64,000 nt of DNA from a phage. Positions 56,408 to 64,000 of this stretch are shown piece by piece. The position numbers and the translations under genes were made by a program. The first letter of the stretch is position 1, and each line of letters begins with the position of its first letter. The notes beneath the pieces are model-generated. The model saw nothing but the letters and a program-made list of their open reading frames with translations. It was not told the origin of the DNA and searched no databases. Location: the sequence record PZ452584.1; one strand, 5' to 3'.

Positions 56408-57322
56408 TTAAGATTTAAGTAAATCAACAATTTTAATTAACTTTTCACGCTCAGATTTAGCTTTACTACTCAATCCAGATAGTCTGAAAATTTCATCATC
56501 ATATTGTTGAATAGAAATATTCAGCTCTTCAATTTGCTTATTAAAATAATCAATTTGTTCAGAATGTTTTTCGTTACTACGAACTGGTACAGGTTTTGTA
56601 GGCAATTTAGTTGAACTGAATTCATCCGGGTGATAAATTAAAATACAACTTGAACCAATAGGGCATTTTGCACCAGATGAATATTCTAATGTTCCGGCTT
56701 CTTTTAAAACTTCAAAAGCTAAACAGAGATGATGCCCCATATTAACATAATCTGTAGAGTGAGCTCTGACGTAATAATCATCTCCACGAGTGCTAAATTT
56801 AAAGCATTTAAGGTCTTCTGTATTATTAGTTTTAAAAATCATTTGTTTATCTAGACCTTTAGCCAATCGAGCACCTAATGCTAATAATCGTCGTTGATTT
56901 TCCCACAAATCCGCAATCATTTGATCGAATGATAATTTTGGCATTAGTCGACCATAAAGGTCATATCCTTTATTATAATTACGAAGGATTTCACTCGCGT
57001 TAATACGAGACAATGCTCCAATTTTATTAAGGGCTTTCATAATGCGATTAGATAAACTCATTCCAGATCCGTTTGTTCGCTGTAAATGTTTTTCTAATCC
57101 AAATCCAATATCAACTTTAAACTTATCTAAAATTTCGGCGTGAACATCTCTGTCAATAACATTCAAATCCAAAGTTGTGTTAAATCTATGAAAAAATTTA
57201 TCTGGCTCTCCACGACGAAATACAGTCCATTCATTCATCATTTTTTTATTAACTAAAGATTTAATTACTGCATTGACATTATTAATTACTACTGACATAT
57301 TTTCCTCACTCAATTTTACCAA
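56408..57322 (-). CDS. coiled-coil protein, tandem paralog family member 4 (about 300 aa)
   Basis: ORF track; C-terminal coiled coil; start may be internal (M9). Confidence 0.65.
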   Translation of the reverse strand: MVKLSEENMSVVINNVNAVIKSLVNKKMMNEWTVFRRGEPDKFFHRFNTTLDLNVIDRDVHAEILDKFKVDIGFGLEKHLQRTNGSGMSLSNRIMKALNKIGALSRINASEILRNYNKGYDLYGRLMPKLSFDQMIADLWENQRRLLALGARLAKGLDKQMIFKTNNTEDLKCFKFSTRGDDYYVRAHSTDYVNMGHHLCLAFEVLKEAGTLEYSSGAKCPIGSSCILIYHPDEFSSTKLPTKPVPVRSNEKHSEQIDYFNKQIEELNISIQQYDDEIFRLSGLSSKAKSEREKLIKIVDLLKS

Positions 57323-57707
57323 TTACGCGGAATAAGATTGAACAGACTATATAAGTACCACATATAGATTGAACTAATGCCATTCCAAAGAACCAAACAA
57401 TATTATCAAACCATGTCTGTTTTACGTCGAAAGGACGTAAACTTACAGTAATATTATCACCTTTTTCTATTGAAGAATACATCTCTGGGGAAATATATTC
57501 ACTAAATCTATAACCGTCTTTGAGTTCATATACAGCAATAAACGATAAACTAGACCCCTTTCCTTGAGTTCCTGTAAGGGTATTAACTACAGTAACATCA
57601 TAATCTTTATAATGCATATAATCATTAATTGCGTAATAACCATATGCAATTACTATACATAAACAACATATCAATAAATTCAATCTTTTAATTATCAACT
57701 GTTTCAT
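57306..57707 (-). CDS. membrane protein 133 aa
   Basis: ORF track; N- and C-terminal hydrophobic helices. Confidence 0.55.
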   Translation of the reverse strand: MKQLIIKRLNLLICCLCIVIAYGYYAINDYMHYKDYDVTVVNTLTGTQGKGSSLSFIAVYELKDGYRFSEYISPEMYSSIEKGDNITVSLRPFDVKQTWFDNIVWFFGMALVQSICGTYIVCSILFRVIGKIE

Positions 57708-57762
57708 AATAATCTCAATTAAAAGGGCTTAGAACCATTATACCATCCTTGGTATAAAGCGG

Positions 57763-58290
57763 TTATGCGAGTACCGTCTTTAACCGTTCTTCAAACTTCC
57801 GAAGAGTGTTCTGGCGTTCAGCTCTTTGCTTTTTGTAAGTTTCAATACGCTCTGAAATGAGAGTGTATCGTTCATTTACTGATTCTTTCATAAAATCAGG
57901 AATTTCACGAGAAGCTTTAATCTCGTCAAATTTATCAATAACAGCTTGCTCTTCAGCAATTAAGTTATCATACATCAAAATATCTTTCTTGATGAACTCA
58001 ATATCTTCTTGAGTTACACGAGATAATTTAGATGCTTTATCCTTTTTGTACTGTTCGTTAGTATCACGAGACCAGTGTAATGTACGATTTTTATTCGTAT
58101 TTTTGTAAATTTCTACAATACCAATCTCATCGATAATAACGATCCAATTCCAACGGGATTTATAAATTTGTCCTCCATCAACCGTGATTTCACCTCCGAT
58201 TGAGATGTCATTAAAGAACTTGCTTTGTGCTTCAGATTTAAATTTACCATCGTTGTAATTTACCAGGTTGAAAATATCTTTAGCATTCAT
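57763..58290 (-). CDS. hypothetical protein about 175 aa
   Basis: ORF track trimmed to internal ATG (M21) following PeSL leader and GGAGGAACAG RBS. Confidence 0.6.
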   Translation of the reverse strand: MNAKDIFNLVNYNDGKFKSEAQSKFFNDISIGGEITVDGGQIYKSRWNWIVIIDEIGIVEIYKNTNKNRTLHWSRDTNEQYKKDKASKLSRVTQEDIEFIKKDILMYDNLIAEEQAVIDKFDEIKASREIPDFMKESVNERYTLISERIETYKKQRAERQNTLRKFEERLKTVLA

Positions 58291-58291
58291 T

Positions 58292-58370
58292 TTCTGTTCC
58301 TCCGTAGTTGATAGTTGTATAGTACCACAGAGGAACGGTCTTGTAAACAACTAAAAGAAACTTCTTTCAC
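58292..58370 (-). repeat. PeSL-like cassette copy 6
   Basis: GTTTAC-N18-TACTATACAACTATCAACTACGGAGGAACAGAAAATG; approximate. Confidence 0.7.
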
Positions 58371-58665
58371 AATTTTTTCCACTGAACCAAGCGCTCACTG
58401 CTTTCTTAGTCTCAGGAGCAGTATTATCCATAAACCATTCAAAGGCAGCCTTTTTATGATTCTGGAGGGCTTCTCGGGCTTTAATCTGCTCACGGTCTAT
58501 TAACACTAACATATGAGCCTTTCTTGTCACCAGGGGCTTCTTATGATTTTTTGAATATTCCCAATCATTTGTCCATCGCATCGTTGTTGCGAATTGAAGT
58601 ACAGCTTCTTTAATCTTAGTTTCGTAAATTTCACGAGCCTTTGAGTATAACATCATTACCTCCAT
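58351..58665 (-). CDS. hypothetical protein 104 aa
   Basis: ORF track; start among ATG GAG GTA ATG ATG uncertain. Confidence 0.5.
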   Translation of the reverse strand: MEVMMLYSKAREIYETKIKEAVLQFATTMRWTNDWEYSKNHKKPLVTRKAHMLVLIDREQIKAREALQNHKKAAFEWFMDNTAPETKKAVSAWFSGKNCERSFF

Positions 58666-58755
58666 TTACCAGTTTAATTCTAGTCATCTTTTTAATGGCA
58701 GTCCATATAATCTATTTCTGAACTGCCTTTTTGTCTTAGAAGTCCTCTTATGAAT

Positions 58756-59724
58756 TTATTTCAGAAGAGTAACCTCAGCGATTTCTTCCCAGCCGTTTTT
58801 GTCGGTCATAATAAAGTCAGCAAGATAAAGAGCAGTACGCAGTGAAACATTGCGTAAACGATTAACATTGACTTTCATCCATGATAATGCTTTATAAGTT
58901 TCTTCATCAGAAAGACCACGCTTTTGCATCATGTCGGTTGAAAGAATAACATCTTCAACCCTGACCATAATTTCTTCATTAGTGTGAACACCCAAATCCA
59001 AATAAACTGAGCGGGACACTAATGCTTGTAAATGTGGAGCAAGTTTAGTACCACGGTCTAATTCGCGGTCAATGTCAACGTTTGTGATAAAAACAATCGT
59101 TCCTTTAAATTCAAACTCACGCTCAATGCCTTTTTCTTCTAAGTAAGAAGATGCAGTGCTCCAGCAGACTTTACGGGTCTCTCCAGTGTCCAGAGCGGCT
59201 TTTAGAAGATTAAGAATATCCATATCAGAGAAAACATCCACATCATCAATCAAAAGGACAGAATTCTCTTCACGATTATTCCAAAGCTGCTCATAAAGAC
59301 CGATACCGGAGATTTTACCGTTAATGCTTTTATATTCAATGTATCCATTATCATTTGCTTTATTTAAAGCTTTATCTAAAGAATACGTTTTACCAATACC
59401 CGCCGCACCAGAGATAATTAATGAACGAATGTTTCCGTTAATAATACCATTCGTCATCATTCCCATAACATTAAATCTTTTATTAATGCGGGTTTTCATA
59501 TCTTCATATGATTCTTTAACTTCTTCAACTTTTACACCATCATATGAAATGTCTGATTTGTAAACCCAAACACCGCGACGTTTACCGTCAATTTCAACAA
59601 AAACTTTACCATCTCCTTGTGCATCTACCGGAGCATTATCTGGGAACCATTCACCTAAGAGCTCAAAAGTTCCAGAGATTTCTTTACCAAAGTAGATACC
59701 CTTATTGATAGTTACAGTTTTCAT
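58756..59724 (-). CDS. P-loop NTPase (Walker A/B) 322 aa
   Basis: ORF track trimmed to internal ATG (M5) after PeSL leader; Walker A GAAGIGKT, Walker B-like VLLIDDVD; own promoter, terminator hairpin upstream. Confidence 0.7.
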   Translation of the reverse strand: MKTVTINKGIYFGKEISGTFELLGEWFPDNAPVDAQGDGKVFVEIDGKRRGVWVYKSDISYDGVKVEEVKESYEDMKTRINKRFNVMGMMTNGIINGNIRSLIISGAAGIGKTYSLDKALNKANDNGYIEYKSINGKISGIGLYEQLWNNREENSVLLIDDVDVFSDMDILNLLKAALDTGETRKVCWSTASSYLEEKGIEREFEFKGTIVFITNVDIDRELDRGTKLAPHLQALVSRSVYLDLGVHTNEEIMVRVEDVILSTDMMQKRGLSDEETYKALSWMKVNVNRLRNVSLRTALYLADFIMTDKNGWEEIAEVTLLK

Positions 59725-59725
59725 T

Positions 59726-59810
59726 TTATTCTCCAAATCCGTATCAGTTGATAGTTGTATAGTACCATAAAGCTTTATGCTTGTAAACAGTTTTGTGAAA
59801 AAATTTTTGA
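59726..59810 (-). repeat. PeSL-like cassette copy 7
   Basis: GTTTAC-N18-TACTATACAACTATCAACTGATACGGATTTGGAGAATAAAATG, preceded by a terminator hairpin; approximate. Confidence 0.7.
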
Positions 59811-59816
59811 AATAAA

Positions 59817-59840
59817 AAGGGGGACCTCTAGGGCCCCCTT
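59817..59840 (-). terminator. intrinsic terminator between the 59848 gene and the ATPase cassette
   Basis: GGGGGCCC...GGUCCCCC hairpin followed by UUUUUAUUUC on the minus strand; approximate. Confidence 0.6.
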
Positions 59841-59847
59841 TATGCTT

Positions 59848-60333
59848 TTATTCCATTTCTATTATATGCATGTTCTTTTTGCTATCAAAATATATGTTTT
59901 TAACTGTTAACTCCGAATTAATTGGCAATAAAAACTCTCTTTCATAATCTACCATACAAAGGTTATCATAAAGCTTGTTAAGCTTATCATCGTCAGTTTG
60001 GCCAGATTCTTCAATTGCGATTAAATTTTCTAAAATGTCAATCATAGCAGTCGAATAGTCAAAAACGTTTGCATTTTTTAACACTACTAAAACATTAGTC
60101 ATATAGCGTTCTGCAGCAAACGTTTCAGCTATATGAGACTCACTGCTAAAGGAAGTTATTCTTTTAAATTTGATTCTCCTATTAACTTCAAACTTATAAG
60201 ATAGTACTTCCTCTATTGTAAGTCCTCTAAAAAGCACGTCTTTAATCTCAAGTTTGTCTTTAATGTAATCATTAACACGCTTATGATTAAAATCATTAAT
60301 TTTGTTGCCAAGGCATTTCATTAAAATATGCAT
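59848..60333 (-). CDS. hypothetical protein about 161 aa
   Basis: ORF track trimmed to internal ATG (M11); listed first codon TTG; own early promoter after a terminator hairpin. Confidence 0.55.
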   Translation of the reverse strand: MHILMKCLGNKINDFNHKRVNDYIKDKLEIKDVLFRGLTIEEVLSYKFEVNRRIKFKRITSFSSESHIAETFAAERYMTNVLVVLKNANVFDYSTAMIDILENLIAIEESGQTDDDKLNKLYDNLCMVDYEREFLLPINSELTVKNIYFDSKKNMHIIEME

Positions 60334-60381
60334 TGTGTTTCTCTTCAATTTTTTAAAGAACAATTAATTAACTACAAATAT

Positions 60382-60411
60382 ATTATAATATGCTTTATGA
60401 TAGAAGTAAAC
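60382..60411 (-). promoter_or_regulatory. early promoter for gene at 59848-60333
   Basis: Minus strand GTTTAC-N17-TTATAAT immediately after the terminator hairpin that follows the nucleotidyltransferase gene; approximate. Confidence 0.5.
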
Positions 60412-60440
60412 AACTTTGTGAAAAATTTTTGAAATAAAAA

Positions 60441-60458
60441 GGGAGCCCGAAGGCTCCC
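60441..60458 (-). terminator. intrinsic terminator after the nucleotidyltransferase gene
   Basis: GGGAGCC-UUCG-GGCUCCC followed by UUUUUAUUUC on the minus strand; approximate. Confidence 0.65.
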
Positions 60459-60460
60459 TA

Positions 60461-61474
60461 TCATTTATAATAACTTCGGTGGTTTTCAAGATACACCTTC
60501 TCAAGGAAGTCATCCCAGAAACCCATGTCTACTTTTTGCTGCATACCGTTCTTAGAAGCTTCAGTAGATGCTGCTTCTACTTGATCGACCACATCTTCCA
60601 AAAACTCTTGAACTGTTTTAAATGGATGCTTACCCAACTTCACGTCGAGAATAAATGGAGCATCTTGGAGTGGATAAACCAAGTCACCAGTTTTGTAAAT
60701 TTCCAATAGTTGGAGTCCACCACGACAAGCATGACTCAGAGCTTTCCAGTCAATACCTTCATTGGCTTCGGCCTTACGAGCACGTTCACCGTATTCAGCA
60801 TCAAGTTTATTCAAAGACTGCTTAAGCTCAATAAGAGAAAGCGTTGTCTGATATTTACGACCCAACACAGTGTAGAACGTTTGTGGGCCTGTTTTCTCAT
60901 GATTATGGAACACCCATTCACAGAATTCGTTTTCTGGAAGACGATGCTTAATATCTTCAACTTTAGTACGACGCTGCTTAATGGAACCGTCTTCTTGGTA
61001 ATCAACCCATTGCTCAGGGATTTGATTAACTACTTTCAATACATCGCGTAATGCAGCCAAACGAGAACCCTTGACACCGTATTTAGAAGCTTGCTTGCGA
61101 ACATATCCTAAATAAGATTTCATGTTAGTCGTATAAAAACGAGAACGGTTGTCTTGAATAAACTTCCACACATCAGGCAAATCAGATTTAACCACTAATT
61201 CAGGTGGAGTGTGAAGCATATCCAATGCTACAGTTTCACCATCTGCTGCTAATTTAAAGAAATACTTAAGACTATACAATTCGTGGTCAATATCATCTTT
61301 AGTGTTTTTAGATGATGTGTTGTTGGTGTTTTTACTCATGTGCTCTTTGACATTTCCGATAAGAATATCGCGAGCAGGAGGAACAAAAATTTCTTTAAAA
61401 TCTACATCAGATTCTGGGGTAGAAGTTCCATAAAGATGACTACCAAAATAGCTTTTCATTACTGTTTTCATCAT
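60461..61474 (-). CDS. Pol-beta-superfamily nucleotidyltransferase domain protein 337 aa
   Basis: N-terminal GS-x11-DVD motif (FGSHLYGTSTPESDVDF) with a downstream hDh carboxylate (VALDML), the minimal nucleotidyltransferase signature; C-terminal 200 aa unassigned. Confidence 0.7.
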   Translation of the reverse strand: MMKTVMKSYFGSHLYGTSTPESDVDFKEIFVPPARDILIGNVKEHMSKNTNNTSSKNTKDDIDHELYSLKYFFKLAADGETVALDMLHTPPELVVKSDLPDVWKFIQDNRSRFYTTNMKSYLGYVRKQASKYGVKGSRLAALRDVLKVVNQIPEQWVDYQEDGSIKQRRTKVEDIKHRLPENEFCEWVFHNHEKTGPQTFYTVLGRKYQTTLSLIELKQSLNKLDAEYGERARKAEANEGIDWKALSHACRGGLQLLEIYKTGDLVYPLQDAPFILDVKLGKHPFKTVQEFLEDVVDQVEAASTEASKNGMQQKVDMGFWDDFLEKVYLENHRSYYK

Positions 61475-61592
61475 TCAGCCTTATATTCAATAACAGGACA
61501 TACTTTAGCTTTACGGGCTTTTAAAAATTCGACGATAATAGATTTCTTGGGTTGAATAGGAGGTAAACCTTTATACGCCCTATCAATATTTT

Positions 61593-61931
61593 CTACATGT
61601 AAAGCATAATCCTTTTCCATTTATAATCTTTATATTTTTCATGCAGTTGTGCAGGAATAACAAATGAACCGATAATAAGTAAAACAAGCAAAATGGCAAG
61701 TATAAATGCTGATGGAATAAGAGTCCATAAACTACCAAAAATAAGCCATTTCTGTATGATTTCTGCACAGATGATAGTTAGCCCTACGAGTATAGCACAT
61801 CCGAAAAAAGAAACGAAAAATGTAGGAATAACAATAGACCAAAAATATGCACATAGTGTCTTAGGTCGTTGCCATTCATCGTTAAACAATTTGAATAATT
61901 TATAGTGCCAAGAGTTTTCATTAATAATCAT
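61593..61931 (-). CDS. polytopic membrane protein 112 aa
   Basis: ORF track; about three predicted TM helices. Confidence 0.55.
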   Translation of the reverse strand: MIINENSWHYKLFKLFNDEWQRPKTLCAYFWSIVIPTFFVSFFGCAILVGLTIICAEIIQKWLIFGSLWTLIPSAFILAILLVLLIIGSFVIPAQLHEKYKDYKWKRIMLYM

Positions 61932-61933
61932 AA

Positions 61934-62455
61934 TTATCCTTTCATTGAAGGCGTAACGGTTGTTAAATATTTAATCATAGCTTCAGCTTCTGATTTTGAT
62001 AATGAAATTTCTCCATTGTTTTGACGAATAGAAATAAAATCCGGATGACGGTCACCACCAGCTTTTAAAACACACATATAAGTATCAACTTCGCCTTCAA
62101 TATTTGAAATGATTGAAGCAGTTCCACATGAATGCGGTTTTTGATAAATCAACACAGCTTTTCTTCCGCCATTTGACTGCTCATAGGCTTTTAATACATC
62201 AAGCAAATCAGTTCTTTTATCAATAGCTAAAATGTTATTTTCATCTTCAATGTTAAATCCTTCGGATACTTCATAAAGCGTTACCCATAAATCACCAATG
62301 TCAATAACAGCATTTACTTTTCCACGGCTTTCAAGAGTATGACAAATTTTCTTGATTTCGTCATAACTCATTTTAATAATATCATCTCCTTGACTAAGAA
62401 AGATGTCATTTTTAAATTCAACACGAATTAAACCGCTTCCACTTGAAATAAACAT
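61934..62455 (-). CDS. hypothetical protein 173 aa (paralog pair member)
   Basis: ORF track; shares GFNIE core and C-terminal ...YL.[ST]V.P[ST]M... with the next gene. Confidence 0.55.
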   Translation of the reverse strand: MFISSGSGLIRVEFKNDIFLSQGDDIIKMSYDEIKKICHTLESRGKVNAVIDIGDLWVTLYEVSEGFNIEDENNILAIDKRTDLLDVLKAYEQSNGGRKAVLIYQKPHSCGTASIISNIEGEVDTYMCVLKAGGDRHPDFISIRQNNGEISLSKSEAEAMIKYLTTVTPSMKG

Positions 62456-62461
62456 ATTTCC

Positions 62462-62995
62462 TCACTTTGAAATCATAGTTGGAATAACAGAATCAAGATA
62501 AGTCTTTAGTGCAATAGCTTCGTCTTTGGTAAATGTGACAATATGTGCTCGAAAATCATCAATTTGACGAATAGTTAAGACATCTCCATCTTCATAACAT
62601 TTTGATACGTTTAAAACAGTTTCATCATTCTGATTGCAAGCGTTAGTAATAATAGCATTGCAATTTTTAAACCATTTTAAACTATGTTTTCTTTCATTAG
62701 AATAATAAAAATATTTAATCTTATCTATAAAACTGTCCCAATGGATAACTGATAAGCATATTGACTCGCTTTCAATATTAAATCCTGGGCATGAAGAATA
62801 AAAATGAATTTTATGCTCATCATTAATGCTTACAATTTTATCAGTATAAGGATATTCAATTTGGGTTAAATGAATAATTTCACTAGGTGTAAAATACAGC
62901 ATATCGTCTTCTTGCGTCAAACGATACATATTATTTACTTTTTCTATAGCCAATTCGCCAAAAAGCGGACTAACTTCTAATACTAATCGTTTCAT
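62462..62995 (-). CDS. hypothetical protein about 177 aa (paralog pair member)
   Basis: ORF track trimmed to internal ATG (M8). Confidence 0.55.
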   Translation of the reverse strand: MKRLVLEVSPLFGELAIEKVNNMYRLTQEDDMLYFTPSEIIHLTQIEYPYTDKIVSINDEHKIHFYSSCPGFNIESESICLSVIHWDSFIDKIKYFYYSNERKHSLKWFKNCNAIITNACNQNDETVLNVSKCYEDGDVLTIRQIDDFRAHIVTFTKDEAIALKTYLDSVIPTMISK

Positions 62996-62996
62996 A

Positions 62997-63263
62997 TTAA
63001 TCCTTTTTAATGGCATGAATTTGTTCTAAAATTTTAGAGTATTCCTTTATATCAGATTTACGTACAATCGATACACTATAAGGCATACTATCGGTGTCTT
63101 TTATAAAGCGTTCCAAATGACACTCTAACAAAATTTCTGGATTATAAATCGTGTACATCAAATTACCTGTTGCTCCACGATATTGACAGATTTCTACTGA
63201 TTGAGCATCATTCCACAATTTTGTTAAGACTAAATCACCTACTTCTAATTTAGGAAAGCCCAT
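62997..63263 (-). CDS. hypothetical protein about 88 aa
   Basis: ORF track trimmed to internal ATG (M5); listed first codon TTG. Confidence 0.5.
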   Translation of the reverse strand: MGFPKLEVGDLVLTKLWNDAQSVEICQYRGATGNLMYTIYNPEILLECHLERFIKDTDSMPYSVSIVRKSDIKEYSKILEQIHAIKKD

Positions 63264-63264
63264 G

Positions 63265-63450
63265 TTATTCACCAATTAAAGTTTCAATATAAGAATCAAG
63301 ATTTACTTTAGCTTCTTCCATAAGAGTTTTGTATTTAATCTTGTTAGCATGTCCGGAGAAAGCTGATTCATCAATAACTGTTGCTGTATGAACAGCTTTG
63401 CTATATGTTTCAATTAATTCTCTTAATTTAAAAGCCTGCTCACTTGTCAT
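63265..63450 (-). CDS. hypothetical protein 61 aa
   Basis: ORF track; ATG start. Confidence 0.45.
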   Translation of the reverse strand: MTSEQAFKLRELIETYSKAVHTATVIDESAFSGHANKIKYKTLMEEAKVNLDSYIETLIGE

Positions 63451-63574
63451 TACATACTCCTCTGAATCATATCAATAATATTGTTCACCAGATTATAAGT
63501 AAACATTGGGTAATTATATTGAATCATCACATACACAACAAACAAAACTTTCATTCTCTTCTCCTTGGCAGTTG

Positions 63575-63612
63575 ACAAGATTACTATACCATAACCTTGC
63601 CAACTTGTAAAC
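63575..63612 (-). promoter_or_regulatory. early promoter candidate
   Basis: Minus strand GTTTAC-N17-GTATAGT followed by AAGGAGAAGAGA RBS and a 34-codon micro-ORF; approximate. Confidence 0.45.
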
Positions 63613-63777
63613 CATTAAATGACGTTTTCAATAAAATTCTGGAGTTTTGTGTGAGCATCAACCATGATTTTCATTTCTTCCTTTGCGAAAGCTATGCCTC
63701 TTTCCCGAGAAGAACACTCATAGTCAGAAACTGCATTAGCATATTCTTCAATTAGCTTCATTAAAAACATCTGCTTT

Positions 63778-63972
63778 TCAGTTTTCATTATTCCACCTAA
63801 TCATTTCAAGATATTGAACTAACTTAGCTTTGGATTTATCCAAATCCTTTTTAGCTGCTTCTATACCGTCGTATGAATATCCTTCACAATGCTCAACTGC
63901 TAATTGATATGAATCTATTTCAATATCACGTGCTAATTTAATGATTTTTTCAAACTGTTCGCGTGTTAGCAT
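63778..63972 (-). CDS. hypothetical protein 64 aa
   Basis: ORF track; ATG start. Confidence 0.45.
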   Translation of the reverse strand: MLTREQFEKIIKLARDIEIDSYQLAVEHCEGYSYDGIEAAKKDLDKSKAKLVQYLEMIRWNNEN

Positions 63973-64000
63973 ACTTAAACTCTCGTATTATGATCGATAA

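Noticed and set aside
2215-59810. Possible CRISPR array suggested by the repeated 75-nt element
   Set aside because: The copies are kilobases apart and irregularly spaced, each precedes a protein-coding gene, and they contain promoter hexamers and an RBS. They are promoter cassettes, not direct repeats with spacers.
61583-61768. 61-aa minus-strand ORF overlapping 61593-61931 in another frame
   Set aside because: Entirely contained within the longer membrane-protein ORF and lacking its own RBS.
1-64000. tRNA, rRNA or other structured RNA genes
   Set aside because: No cloverleaf-like or rRNA-like sequence was noticed; the T4 tRNA cluster lies in a different part of the genome. A dedicated tRNA scan was not possible here.
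1-64000. Integrase, transposase or insertion-sequence ends
   Set aside because: No tyrosine or serine recombinase and no transposase signature was seen; the mobile elements here are homing endonucleases and promoter cassettes.

Overview
This window is a contiguous early/middle-gene block of a T4-like (T-even) myovirus, with essentially every gene on the minus strand. Identifications rest on recognising the translated ORF-track proteins from memory and on T4 synteny; no database search was run. Order by descending coordinate: a hyperplastic block of hypothetical genes (nrdC-tk equivalent), nrdC, pin-like, endonuclease VII (49), nrdD, an HNH homing endonuclease, nrdG, nrdH, sigma factor 55, alpha-glucosyltransferase, a GIY-YIG-like gene, 47, a second HNH gene, 46, rpbA, 45, 44, 62, regA, DNA polymerase 43, imm, dCMP hydroxymethylase 42, a non-T4 glucosyltransferase, uvsX, 40, helicase 41, dmd, sp, primase 61, dCTPase 56, soc, modB, modA, srd, dda, dexA, motB, cef, unsplit topoisomerase gene 39, rIIA, rIIB, denB, ndd, stp, ac, topoisomerase gene 52, motA. 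The phage looks T2/T6-like rather than T4: gene 39 is one 606-aa ORF, the beta-gt slot holds a different transferase, and there is no room for dam. No rRNA, tRNA or CRISPR was seen. The most interesting material is in the hyperplastic region above 53 kb: four tandem paralogous coiled-coil proteins, and a Pol-beta-type nucleotidyltransferase next to a P-loop ATPase, each with its own promoter cassette. Other points are a repeated promoter-early stem-loop (PeSL-like) cassette, three homing-endonuclease-like genes, the 26-aa Stp ORF missing from the ORF track, chains of overlapping micro-ORFs, and many C(UUCG)G hairpins. ORF-track coordinates are taken as authoritative; anything I placed by reading the text is approximate (a few nt).
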